Position numbers and translations under genes: made by a program. The notes under the pieces were generated by a model. It was given only the letters and a program-made list of their open reading frames with translations, had not been told where the DNA came from and did no database searches. A stretch of DNA of 51,217 bases from Thraustochytrium aureum (Eukaryota). Positions 1 through 12,300 of this stretch are shown here, piece after piece (the stretch's first letter is position 1; each line of letters begins with the position of its first letter). Location: assembly GCA_012862495.1 (NCBI GenBank), contig BLSG01000197.1, positions 186,748-237,964 on the forward strand, read 5' to 3'.

Positions 1-775
1 CTCGACGAAGACCAAAACGTCGTGCAGGAGCAAGCAGGCAGCATGGCACCCGAGCTGATCGCCCGCTCGGCCGGCCAGCATCCGCGCGAGGCCCGAGCCG
101 CGATTTTTGACCCCAACGCGCGTCAGTTCGGGACACCAGCATTTCCATGTCGCAGAGAAGCGGCGGATCGACGATCACGGCACTTGTCCGGACAGGACAC
201 GTCAGGTAGCCCGATCGGCTGCCTCGCGCGCGTCGTGGAAAGGCAAAAGAGCCACGTGCTCGCCGTCCGCAGAGATGCCCGAGGTGGGTCGTTCCGCAGT
301 GGCACGGACTTAGTGGGGTTAGCGAGTTAGCGGGTTATCCATCCGGTGAAGTCGGTTAGAGGCGTTTTGGGGACAAGTGGAACACGCTGATCTGCTGGCG
401 CGGCTTCCAGAGGACCGTCCAGGAGTTAATTGTTCAGCGACCATCGAGAACCGCGACGGTCTCTCTGGAGAGTCAAGCCTCTCTTGGAATTGGACTGCCA
501 CGGCGTAAGCGAGTTCCGGGAGGCGGCTGAATTCGCACCTTGGCAAGGCTGCCGCGGTTTGAGCAAGGCGGGTCGGTCCTACTTGCCAAGAAGTGACTAG
601 GATCGCCGTCTTGCCTTTGCGGGAACCTGCGTTGCGGCGGACCAATTGGGCAGTCGGTCGAAGCGAGCAAAGACATCAAGTTGGAGGCCTGGGCCGCCTC
701 CTTCTGGACTCCAAATACATTCAGGTGAAACGCGACGCGCTTCGTGCGTCGCCGTGCCTTCCTGGCCGTCATCTC
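1..775 (-). CDS. Possible hypothetical protein running off the left edge; frames broken, boundaries uncertain
   Basis: Protein-like minus-strand segments in successive frames: MTARKARRRTKRVAFHLNVFG, TAILVTSWQVGPTRLAQTAAALPRCEFSRLPELAYAVAVQFQ and LARMLAGRAGDQLGCHAACLLLHDVLVFVE. No family recognised. Confidence 0.25.
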
Positions 776-1025
776 GGCCACGATCGAGGCCGATGAGACC
801 GCTCGGACGCCCGAGCTAAACGGCCAAGTCACAAGCGACACCAGCGAATCGAACGGAGCGCAGCTTCAAACGCGCGCGCTCTCGCCGGCCTGCCGCCGCC
901 GCGGGCCAGGCCACATGAGTTTTAGAAGCGCTCAATCAAATCAAAAACAATCAAAAACAATAATCAAACAAACCTTTCATTTCAATCAAAAATATAAAAA
1001 ATATCTCTCGCGCCAAGAGTTCGTG

Positions 1026-2613
1026 TCAGGCCACCTGCGCGAACGAGAGCACGTGGCCGAACGCGAAGAGGCCAGAACAGTCGATGTTGGGCTGGTCCAG
1101 AGACTGGCCCACGAGCGCCATCCTGTCCTCGGAAGAAATCAGCTTGGCAATGAGGAACCGCGCCGTGCGCGGAAACTGCAGCGGAATATCGAGCCGGGAC
1201 CGCAAAGAGTCGTCCTTGACGGAGAACCACGCCACAAGCTGTAGGTCGTGCGAGGCACAGGCAGCGGGCTGGGGCTCGAACTCGACAATATCAGCGTCAC
1301 TCATGGCGTGGTGAGCGGCAATGCGAGGAAGCTCGCCGAGGCACACGCGCTCGCGCAAGTCCTCATACGTTGTGATGCCCACGAGACGCTCCATGAGCGG
1401 GCAGGCTTTCGCTCGGTCCACGTCGTGCGACACAGCGCGCGCCAAGCAATCGTCGTCCAACGTCAAGTGAGCTTGGTCCGCCTCTGGGGCGCGCCGATTC
1501 GCCGCCCTCTGCCCCTCGCGGAGCAGCCTCGTCGCGACGAAAACTGCGCCGCAATTGACGGGGCAGGTAAAGTTGCCCTCGCGCCCAACGACGACGCGGC
1601 GCACGAGGGCGACGTCGCCCTTCGAAAGGCTACGCAGCGCCCGGGGCCGTACGAGGACAGCGCCGTCTGCATCGAGCGCGTGCACGCCCGAGAACACGAG
1701 CCGGCACCCGAGACGCGACGCGAACGAGATGGCCTGATGGTCTCTCTGCTCTTCCTCGCGGCGCTCTCGATCGATCTTGTCTGCAAACGACACCAGTCCC
1801 TGCCGGTACCTGTTGCGCGCCGCGTGCGAGGAGAAAAGAAAGAATGGGAACCCGTACCAGCCAAACTTGGCCGACACGAGAAGCTCCAGCCCTGTGGGGT
1901 TATTCACAATGTCCACAAACATGCGCTCCAGCTCCGACGTGCTCGCGCGCTTCAGCACTTGCGGGCGCGTTGAGATGTCATAGTAGCTACCCTTTAGGCA
2001 GCTCAACAGCGCGCGGCGGCGCAACGTCTCCCTGCGCTCAACAACTGCTTCCGGCTCCACCAGGCCAAGCTCGCCCGCCCCCCCCAGCACAGCGCAGATC
2101 GTGACGTTCTCTTTGGCTTCAGAGCAGTAAAACGACTTGCTGTCTGGCCTGAACGCATTCCCGGCCCAGTGTCGCCGCCGCATCTGCGTCCCAGACACGC
2201 TGACGTCCAGCCCGCCGTCTGTGTAGAATCCGTGAAAGCTTAGCGGCTCCAACATCATGCGGGCATAGCCGCTCGAGCCAGGCGAGTCCCCGGGGCAGGA
2301 GGCGCCGTTCGCACCAGAGCAGAGTACGATCCGAGCGACTTGGGCCCAGCTGCCTCGCGCGACGACGCGCCGCTCTCGAACCGAGAGCTGGCACACTTTC
2401 ACGTCCGCCGAAAGCGAGGGCGCTCTTCCCTGGGGATCCACCATGCAGTCTACAGCCTGCCCCGGCAAGGCGCTCACCACAGTATGCCGCCAAAGGCGCT
2501 CGCTGTTCCACAGCGGCCGCAGCCCCCTGCAAACAGCGCTCAGCCTCGCGAGGTCCAGAGGGCGCTGCACCGCAAACTCCGCCACACCATGCAAGACCCC
2601 GGGCGGCAGCTCC
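1026..2613 (-). CDS. F-box protein with a probable C-terminal beta-sandwich (galactose-binding/discoidin-like) domain; 5' end in gap
   Basis: About 530 open codons. F-box-like LPPGVLHGVAEF...DLARLSAVCRGLRPLWNSERLWR right after the gap. C-terminal blocks FYTDGG, FYCS...NVTI, FTCPVNCGAVFV and ARFLIAKLIS...PNIDC...FG. Stop at 1026-1028, followed on the minus strand by a T-rich tract. Confidence 0.7.
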
Positions 2614-4088
2614 NNNNNNNNNNNNNNNNNNNNNNNNNNNNNNNNNNNNNNNNNNNNNNNNNNNNNNNNNNNNNNNNNNNNNNNNNNNNNNNNNNNNNNN
2701 NNNNNNNNNNNNNNNNNNNNNNNNNNNNNNNNNNNNNNNNNNNNNNNNNNNNNNNNNNNNNNNNNNNNNNNNNNNNNNNNNNNNNNNNNNNNNNNNNNNN
2801 NNNNNNNNNNNNNNNNNNNNNNNNNNNNNNNNNNNNNNNNNNNNNNNNNNNNNNNNNNNNNNNNNNNNNNNNNNNNNNNNNNNNNNNNNNNNNNNNNNNN
2901 NNNNNNNNNNNNNNNNNNNNNNNNNNNNNNNNNNNNNNNNNNNNNNNNNNNNNNNNNNNNNNNNNNNNNNNNNNNNNNNNNNNNNNNNNNNNNNNNNNNN
3001 NNNNNNNNNNNNNNNNNNNNNNNNNNNNNNNNNNNNNNNNNNNNNNNNNNNNNNNNNNNNNNNNNNNNNNNNNNNNNNNNNNNNNNNNNNNNNNNNNNNN
3101 NNNNNNNNNNNNNNNNNNNNNNNNNNNNNNNNNNNNNNNNNNNNNNNNNNNNNNNNNNNNNNNNNNNNNNNNNNNNNNNNNNNNNNNNNNNNNNNNNNNN
3201 NNNNNNNNNNNNNNNNNNNNNNNNNNNNNNNNNNNNNNNNNNNNNNNNNNNNNNNNNNNNNNNNNNNNNNNNNNNNNNNNNNNNNNNNNNNNNNNNNNNN
3301 NNNNNNNNNNNNNNNNNNNNNNNNNNNNNNNNNNNNNNNNNNNNNNNNNNNNNNNNNNNNNNNNNNNNNNNNNNNNNNNNNNNNNNNNNNNNNNNNGGGA
3401 ACCGCGGCCCAGGCGAGCGCGGGGCGGGAGCGGCGCGCGATCGCGTCTTGGGAACGAACGGCGGGGCCGCGAAAGGCGGCGAATAGGAAGAACACGAGAG
3501 GCGGGACAAAAGTAGAAAGCCTTGGTGCAGACAAACAGGCAGGAGGCGCAGGCGAGCGAGCAGACCCCGAACGCGGAGGAGCGGGAGAGGGCGCGGGCGA
3601 GGAGGAGGAGGAGGAAGCGCAGGCGGCGGCGGACGCGGCAGGCCAAGGCGCCCGGGCCGCTTGCTGGTGTGCGGCAGTAGAGGAGGTTCCAGGGTTCTCG
3701 CGCAGCGGCACCAGAGGGTTCGGGAAAAGGGAAAGGACTTGATCCAGACCGCGAGGAACGGGCGCAACACAGCGGCCGGGCGCGCCGCAGACCAGGGGGC
3801 GGGCGGAAAGGGCGCGGGAGCGCGGGCGGCGGCTGGGCCAAGTTGCGGAGGAGGGCGGCGGCGGCGGCGACCCCGCAGCCTGGACCAGGGAGGGAGAAAG
3901 ACTGGTGTGATTTTTGCAAGTGCCAGCCTGGCCGCAGACGCGGGAACCGGCTGGCCAAGCCAAGGGTCTCGCCTCGGGAAGCGGGCAGCGCAAGCTGGAG
4001 TGGGGTGGAGCGGCGGCGTGAGCAAGCACGCGAGGCATAGGAGCCGCCCGCGGGCAAGCACCGAGCCAGGCCGGCTGGGCGACGAGAC

Positions 4089-7000
4089 ATGGAGCCCGCC
4101 CTCAAGCAAGAGCTGCTGAGGGACGGCCTCGTGACTGGGCCCGAAATCGGGAAAGGTAGCTTCGGCACCGTGTTCAGGTGCACAGATGTGAAGACGCAAA
4201 TAAGCTACGCGGTGAAGAAGGTCGACCTGCGCGTTCTGCGCATGCAGCCGCACTTTGTCCTCGAGAGGCTTCAGCGAGAGTGCTCGGTGCTGCAAAAGCT
4301 CACGCACCCCTCTGTGGTTCGCCTATTTAAAACAATAGAGTCGGAGGACGCGATCCTGATGGTGATGGAAATGGTTTTGGGCATGGAGCTCTTCGAGATG
4401 ATCATTGCTGTATCAGGGCTCGACGAGGCGGACNNNNNNNNNNNNNNNNNNNNNNNNNNNNNNNNNNNNNNNNNNNNNNNNNNNNNNNNNNNNNNNNNNN
4501 NNNNNNNNNNNNNNNNNNNNNNNNNNNNNNNNNNNNNNNNNNNNNNNNNNNNNNNNNNNNNNNNNNNNNNNNNNNNNNNNNGGCTCGACGAGGCGGACGC
4601 GTGCGCGGTGTTTGTGCAGATCGCCTCCGCGTTGGCTACATGCCGAGCGCGGGGTTGTGCACCGCGACATCAAACCAGAAAACATCTTGGTGCAGGGGAG
4701 CACGAGCGACGGCCAGGCAGGCGTGGCGCCCACTGGCAACGCTGCGCTGGACGCCTTTGCGTCGCTCAAGCCGCGCGTAAAGCTGATTGACTTTGGCCTG
4801 AGCAAGGTTCTTGGGACCGACAAGGGTGGCTCAATCGCCAAGAGCCTCGTCGGCACACCTCGGTACGTGGCGCCCGAGATCGTGGCCATCGGCGAGCGCA
4901 TGCGAGACCGCGACCGCGAGCTGCGGCAGCAAGCCATCTCGTCTGCGGCGGCAGCCGAGGCGCTCTCATACACCGAAAAGGTAGACTGCTACTCTGCGGG
5001 GTTTTGCTGCACGTGACCCTGTCGGCCTGCTTCCCACAGTTTGCCGCAGACCAGCGCGTCATCTTCGCCGACCAGCGAGTCGCGCGCGCCAGCGACGGAG
5101 CCAAGGACCTCATCAGCCGGCTTATGGCCCCCGATCCGGACGAGCGCATCAGTATGGCAGAGGCCCTCTGCCACCCGTGGGTCTTAAGCACCACCCGCTC
5201 GCGGCGCAAGGCGCCATTGATCAGGCCCAGCTCACCAGCCCCCCGGCAGGCTTTGATCGGCTTGCGGCAGCGGCTGCTCGCAGCGAGCCCGCAGAAGACA
5301 CGATTTCCTTTGAGGAGTTTCAACGCAAGCTGCAGGCCGGAGGCCCGCTCTCGCTCGACGCGCTTGGGTTCAGCTCGGACGATGCAGCTAGCAAGAGCAA
5401 CACGGCTACGCCATCGGGGAGCAGCGACGCAGGTCCAGCGTTCCCCGGCGCGCAAGGCAGGCCAAAGTCGGTCGCCTCCGCCCCAGCGGCGACGGAAGAC
5501 CTGTTCAAGGACGAGTCGATGGAGTCGATGTTTGTTGACGCAGACTTTGCCAGCGAGCACGGAATGGGCTCCGAGTCCAGCTCCCCGGCCCACCGCCACA
5601 ACCACGCCGGGCTTGCTTCCTCCCCAGTCCGCGAACACAGCAACGTAACGGGCCTAAAACGCCAGATCACCCCCGGGTTTACGGGCGGAGCCACTTTCGC
5701 GGACGAGCGCAACCGGCCGCGCAATCAGTCTATGTCTTCGCAAAAGTCCAGCTCCAAGTCTTCCATCGAGGTCATCAACCTCCCAGGCGCTGCAAAGGGG
5801 GTCTGGGGACCGTTCAAGGAGGCAGTCTCCTCCGGGAGCAGTGGGCCCGGCGCCGGGCATGGGTATGAAGACGACGACGAAATCGATGTCATCTATACCG
5901 AGTCGGGGCCAGGCTCAGGTGGGGACCAACGGCGCGGCGGGCGCGTCGGGAGCGCAAGCACCGAGTCCTCGCCGTCCGGCTCGCACGACGGGGTCTTTGA
6001 CAGCGTCGAGTCCGACCAAGCGGCAATCCAGCACGACCTCAACGTCGGCAGCGCTGGCGGCGGCGACGGCGCACGACGCCAAACCAAGGGCGATGCCGAA
6101 AGCCAGGGCCAGCAGCGCGGCCCGAAGCAAGGGCCGGTGCCCCCTCCGCCGCCGGAATCGGACGAGCGCCCCGGAGCGGGCGAGACGGGCGTGGCCCACA
6201 GACCAGACGCCGCGATGGTGCCGCGGTTCATGGTCCAAGAAACGAGCACGAGCGACGAGTTTTCCAAAATGCAACTCAATGGCAACGACGTTGTCAACCC
6301 GGAGCTGCTCTTGCAGCTGCAGAGCAAGATAGCCCAGTGCTTTCGGCAGAGCTTCGAGGCGTTCAAAAACGATGACGTCGTTTCGCCGGGGATAGTCTCC
6401 AGCGCGGTGGCCAGCCGCGAGCTTCTCGGCGCCTCGGAGACGATCCTGAAAAAACTCGAGCAAACCTCGCTCTCCGTCCTCGACCTGCTTCCAGACATGC
6501 AAATCGCTGTCGAGGAGGGCGAGTTTGGCATGGCGATCACTTGCTTCGACACGATCAAAGAGTGGATCAAGAACATCCAAAGCGAGTCCCAAGACCTGCT
6601 CAAGGCCAACGTTAAAGTCATCGCCGCTGTCAATAGCACGCTGCAGCTGGCGCGGCGGCGCCAGCGAGTTCGCGAGGCGACGAGGGCCGGGTTTCGAGTC
6701 GCGGACGCCCTCGCGCTTGAGGCCTCTCTGCTCGAGGTGGACGCGTCTGTGGAGCACACTGACGCAACTGGGGCGAGCGGTGGCGCTGTGGAGGCTGCCC
6801 AGGCCGGCGAGCGCGAGTCCACAGACGCGCTCAAGCGCCAAGAGCTCGAAGAGGTTCTGGAGGAGCGGCGCCAAGGGTCGACGGACTCGTACGACCAGAT
6901 CGCTGCCAGCAAAGCTCTGGAGAACCAGAAGCGTCTGGCCGCGGTCCGGCGTCNNNNNNNNNNNNNNNNNNNNNNNNNNNNNNNNNNNNNNNNNNNNNNN

Positions 7001-7554
7001 NNNNNNNNNNNNNNNNNNNNNNNNNNNNNNNNNNNNNNNNNNNNNNNNNNNNNNNNNNNNNNNNNNNNNNNNNNNNNNNNNNNNNNNNNNNNNNNNNNNN
7101 NNNNNNNNNNNNNNNNNNNNNNNNNNNNNNNNNNNNNNNNNNNNNNNNNNNNNNNNNNNNNNNNNNNNNNNNNNNNNNNNNNNNNNNNNNNNNNNNNNNN
7201 NNNNNNNNNNNNNNNNNNNNNNNNNNNNNNNNNNNNNNNNNNNNNNNNNNNNNNNNNNNNNNNNNNNNNNNNNNNNNNNNNNNNNNNNNNNNNNNNNNNN
7301 NNNNNNNNNNNNNNNNNNNNNNNNNNNNCTGGAGCCATATGGAGGTCGTTGTGGACGTGCTCATGCAGCGTGCGAACCACATCGAATCGATGGTGAACTA
7401 CACGCGCAATCCGCGGCTGCGAGGCCGTTTCTTGGAGCGCGTGCACGACTATTCGACGATGTGGACGAGGATCACGCATATGTGCCAGCAGTTTCACCGC
7501 AAGTCGAACAACCTCGAAGGGGTCAAGTTGTACCAGTTTCTGACAGAGGTCTGA
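4089..7554 (+). CDS. CAMK-group Ser/Thr protein kinase with a long low-complexity linker and alpha-helical C-terminal region; apparent frameshifts and two gaps
   Basis: Motifs IGKGSFGTV, YAVKKV, HPSVVRL, HRDIKPEN, LIDFG, GTPRYVAPE, DCYSAG and AKDLISRLMAPDPDERIS...HPW. Frame changes near 4640, 5000 and 5180. Continues via ORF 5177 and the post-gap segment MEVVVDVLMQR...FLTEV* (stop 7552-7554). Confidence 0.85.
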
Positions 7555-7681
7555 GTCCTTTTGTTTCGACGGACTCTGCAAGAACCCCTGTTGGGTCTCG
7601 GCGATCGGTGTGCGCGCATCAACCTTTTTTTCGAGTGCGGTTTAGGGTTTGCATAAGGCGCCTGCGGAAACAGGTAGTGAA

Positions 7682-8375
7682 TCAAAAATTAGACGAACAC
7701 TTGATGACCCGAAGGCCCCCGGTCCGCCTGCGACGAGCGCCTCGCAACAGCAGCACTCCTGGCTCCCGCTCGACTAGCTCAAGCTCGAGCTTGCCAATTG
7801 GGACTTCCCACTCGCTTGTACTACCGAGGCAAGCCTTGCCTCGGCGGAAAGCCTTGCCTCGGCGGAAAGCCTTGCCTCGGCGGAAAGCCTTGCCTCGGCG
7901 GAAAGCCTCAACGGCAAAGGTGCCTATCACTCATACGAGTGCGAGCGAGACTCGCCGCTTGCACGCTCCTCGCTGCAGCCTGGCTGCGAAGGCGCAGCAA
8001 GCTCTTGTGGCGCAGACCAAGCCGTCTCGTACCATATCTCAAGCTCTTGGCCCGAGGCGAGCGCGACCGAGCTGATACCGTCGACGACACGCCGGCCGGC
8101 TCGCGGGTGCAGCGCGCCTGCTTCGCGCACGACAACGAGCGACTTGGGGCGCTCTTCAACCCAATCTTGCTCAAAGGCCTGGCGCTCCAGGCCGCGACAG
8201 GAAACAAGCAGCCGAAACGTAGACTCGTCAGACAGGACTAGGTCGTCCGAGAAAATCTTTCCAAAACACCCTGTCAATCAGCGCGCGCACGGCAGCCTCG
8301 GGCACGTCGGGTGAGCTCGTGGGCCCGACTCCAGGGTCTTGGACCGCCAGCACAAACTCCTCCACGGGCCCCACT
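7682..8375 (-). CDS. Possible hypothetical protein, 5' part in gap; contains the 18-bp repeat
   Basis: Adjacent minus ORFs 7927-8277 (DDLVLSDESTFRLLVSCRGLE...ELEIWYE) and 7682-7930 (GKACLGSTSEWEVPIGKLELELVE) look protein-like. No family assigned. Confidence 0.3.
7831..7908. repeat. Perfect 18-bp tandem repeat AAGCCTTGCCTCGGCGGA, 4 copies plus a partial
   Basis: Read directly from the sequence. Confidence 0.95.
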
Positions 8376-9376
8376 NNNNNNNNNNNNNNNNNNNNNNNNN
8401 NNNNNNNNNNNNNNNNNNNNNNNNNNNNNNNNNNNNNNNNNNNNNNNNNNNNNNNNNNNNNNNNNNNNNNNNNNNNNNNNNNNNNNNNNNNNNNNNNNNN
8501 NNNNNNNNNNNNNNNNNNNNNNNNNNNNNNNNNNNNNNNNNNNNNNNNNNNNNNNNNNNNNNNNNNNNNNNNNNNNNNNNNNNNNNNNNNNNNNNNNNNN
8601 NNNNNNNNNNNNNNNNNNNNNNNNNNNNNNNNNNNNNNNNNNNNNNNNNNNNNNNNNNNNNNNNNNNNNNNNNNNNNNNNNNNNNNNNNNNNNNNNNNNN
8701 NNNNNNNNNNNNNNNNNNNNNNNNNNNNNNNNNNNNNNNNNNNNNNNNNNNNNNNNNNNNNNNNNNNNNNNNNNNNNNNNNNNNNNNNNNNNNNNNNNNN
8801 NNNNNNNNNNNNNNNNNNNNNNNNNNNNNNNNNNNNNNNNNNNNNNNNNNNNNNNNNNNNNNNNNNNNNNNNNNNNNNNNNNNNNNNNNNNNNNNNNNNN
8901 NNNNNNNNNNNNNNNNNNNNNNNNNNNNNNNNNNNNNNNNNNNNNNNNNNNNNNNNNNNNNNNNNNNNNNNNNNNNNNNNNNNNNNNNNNNNNNNNNNNN
9001 NNNNNNNNNNNNNNNNNNNNNNNNNNNNNNNNNNNNNNNNNNNNNNNNNNNNNNNNNNNNNNNNNNNNNNNNNNNNNNNNNNNNNNNNNNNNNNNNNNNN
9101 NNNNNNNNNNNNNNNNNNNNNNNNNNNNNNNNNNNNNNNNNNNNNNNNNNNNNNNNNNNNNNNNNNNNNNNNNNNNNNNNNNNNNNNNNNNNNNNNNNNN
9201 NNNNNNNNNNNNNNNNNNNNNNNNNNNNNNNNNNNNNNNNNNNNNNNNNNNNNNNNNNNNNNNNNNNNNNNNNNNNNNNNNNNNNNNNNNNNNNNNNNNN
9301 NNNNNNNNNNNNNNNNNNNNNNNNNNNNNNNNNNNNNNNNNNNNNNNNNNNNCGGGAGGACTTGTCACGGGGGATC

Positions 9377-12300
9377 ATGGCGAAAGGAGCCCTGAAACGC
9401 ACTGGGTCGGTGCAGTCCAACTCGTCTGCGAACAGGGCTCGGAACGGGGCGAGCAGCGCGCCGGCCGGCAGCACAGTGCTTACGAGCGGCGAGGACCTCG
9501 CGGCGATGAGCATGGAGGACCTCGCGGCGCGCAAGGACCAGCTTTCGGCGCGTCTGGCTGCTCTTGGCGGCGCCGTGGTGAACGCGCGCATCGGCAAGGC
9601 GCTGGACGACGTGCGCGAAGGCACACCTCACTGGGACTACCTTTTGAAGGAGATGTCCTGGATGGCGAAAGACTTCAAAACGGAACGCAAGTGGAAAGAA
9701 TCCCAGCAAAAGCGCATTGCCAAGCAGGCCCTCCGGGCGCGAGAGATTATGTTCAATCGCGACATGCAAAATTCCAAGCTGATGCGCCAGACCGCGCGAA
9801 AGCTCTGTGCGCGCGTTGCGCGCGAGGTTCGCGCTTTCTGGGACAAGATTGATCGCGTCGTCGTCTACAAGCACAGGACCGAGTTCCAAGCCAAACAGCA
9901 AGCGGCGATGGACAAGCACCTTGACTACCTCGTTGGCCAGACAGAGCGCTACACCAACATGATTGCCGGGAAGCTCAAAAACCAGGGCGAGAATGGTACC
10001 GCCGCCAACCAACGGGCCGAGCCAGGATCAGGTGCGCCCTCGGGGGCCCCGCACGGGAGCGGGTCGAACCTGAACGATGGCGCCCGCGATTGGGCTGGCA
10101 ACTCTGAGCACGACGCCGGAGGCACCAGAGACGACTCGTGCGAGCCCACTGCCGACAAAGCGAGAGTGGAGGTCGACCGCCTCAAGCGCGAATCTGAGAT
10201 TTCTCGAGACGAGCTGCTGAAGCAGAACAACGACGATGCGCCTCGCCAGCCAGGATCACGGAAAAGAAGGCGCGTTGGCGGCGTTGCCGCGACTGGTGAA
10301 CGCGCCGGTCTGCCGGCACCCAAGACCGCAGACGCTCGTCGCCGCTCTCAGCCTTCGTCCGGCCTTGAAGGCGGGCGCGAAGACGAGCAAGACGAAGAGG
10401 AAGCAGACTGGTCTGGTGAGCTCGAAGAGGACGACGAGGCGTCGATGGAGGACGAGGACGAAACCAAGCCCGACGAAGTTGGTGGCGAATTGGAGGCCCT
10501 CAAAGCTGAAGCTGCCATGTCTCGTGAAGAACTATTGAAGCTTTACGGTGTGCCTCGCACAATTCCGTCGCCTGGGCACTCAGGACAAAGCGCGATCGCG
10601 ACCAAGTCCAAGCTGTCCAACTTGGAGGATAGCGATGAAGAGGAGGGCGCGTCCGCGTTGCGGGAGGTTGCCGCGGACGGCGATGCTGAGAGCGACAGAG
10701 ACGAGGCGGACTGGTCTGGCGACGAGGAAGAGGACGACGAAGACACCATGGAGCAAGAGGACGAGACCAAGCCGGACGAGGTCCAGGACGAGCTCGACGC
10801 GCTCAAGGCCGAAGCGGAGATGTCGCGCGAGGAGCTCCTGGCCAAGTACATGGGTATTGGCGCCGGCGAAAGCAAAGACAGCGATGAAGAGGAGGGCGTG
10901 TCCACGCTGAAAGAGGTTGCCGCGGACGGCGATGCTGAAAGCGACAGAGACGAGGCGGACTGGTCCGGCGACGAAGAAGAGGACGACGAAGAAACCATGG
11001 AGCAAGAGGACGAGACCAAGCCGGACGAGGTCCAGGACGAGCTCGACGCGCTCAAGGCCGAAGCGGAGATGTCGCGTGAGGAGCTCCTGGCCAAGTACAT
11101 GGGTATCGGATCCGCGAAGAGCGCCAAACCGCAAAGGAGGACCGAACAGGAAGTAAGCGGAAACAGAACAAATCGACAGAGCAGGGCAAGGCCAGGCGAG
11201 GATGACGAGGACGCGAGCGATGGCTCGGCATCGGAATCAGACGAGAACCCGCTGCAACGCCTTTATCGCGACAGCGAAGCAGACGTGGAGTCTGCAAGCA
11301 AAGAGAGCGCAGATGGCGAGACCAAGGAGCCTTCTGGGGACCAGGCCGACACGTATGACGTGCCCTTTTTGATCACGAAGAGTGTCACTTTACGCGAGTA
11401 TCAGCGTGCTGGGCTCAACTGGCTCGTCTCGATGTGGGAGCGGCGCCTGAACGGCATCCTGGCCGACGAAATGGGCCTCGGCAAGACCCTGCAGACAATC
11501 ACCCTCCTCGCGCATCTCGCGAGCGAGCGCGGGATCTGGGGCCCGCACCTGATCGTCGTTCCAACTAGCGTGCTGCTGAACTGGGAGATGGAGTTCAAGA
11601 AGTTTTGCCCCGGGTTCAAGGTGCTCACGTACTATGGCACCGCGAAAGAGCGCAAGGCCAAGCGCACGGGGTGGAGCAAACCAAACTCGTTCCAGGTGTG
11701 CATAACCTCATACCAGCTGGCCGTCCAAGACGCCAACGTGCTGAAGCGGCGAAAGTGGTACTACATGATCCTGGACGAAGCCCACAACATCAAGAACTTT
11801 CGCTCGCAGCGCTGGCAAACGCTTCTCACCTTCAACACGAAGCGGCGGCTGTTGCTGACGGGAACGCCGCTGCAAAACTCGCTCATGGAGCTCTGGTCCC
11901 TCATGCACTTTTTGATGCCGCACGTTTTCCGATCCCAGAGCGAGTTCAAGTACTGGTTTAGCAACCCGCTCAATGCCGTTGTGGAGGGCAAAGGCAAGTC
12001 GAACGCCGCCCAGGCTGCGCTCGCGCGTCAGGAGCAAGACAAGCACAACGCTGCCGTGATCAAGCGGCTCCACTCGGTGATGAGGCCGTTCCTGCTGCGG
12101 CGCCTCAAAGTTGACGTGGCGACACAGCTCCCCGGAAAATACGAGCACCTGGTACGCGTGCCGCTCTCACGCCGCCAGCGGTTCCTGTACGAGGACTTTA
12201 TCTCGCGCGGGTCAACTCGAAAAGCGCTCACCAGCGGGGGCTACTTGGGAATGATGTCGATCCTCATGAAGCTGCGCATGGTCTGCAACCACCCGGACAT

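Noticed and set aside
920..1003. A-rich tract with repeated CAATCAAAAA as a poly(A) or retroelement tail
   Set aside because: It lies just 3' of the minus-strand F-box gene and reads as a U-rich 3' UTR or intergenic tract. No target-site duplication or RT sequence is present.
8339..9351. ORF-track proteins spanning N-runs, such as the 1579-aa and 1093-aa calls
   Set aside because: Their starts and lengths are artefacts of translating through gaps.
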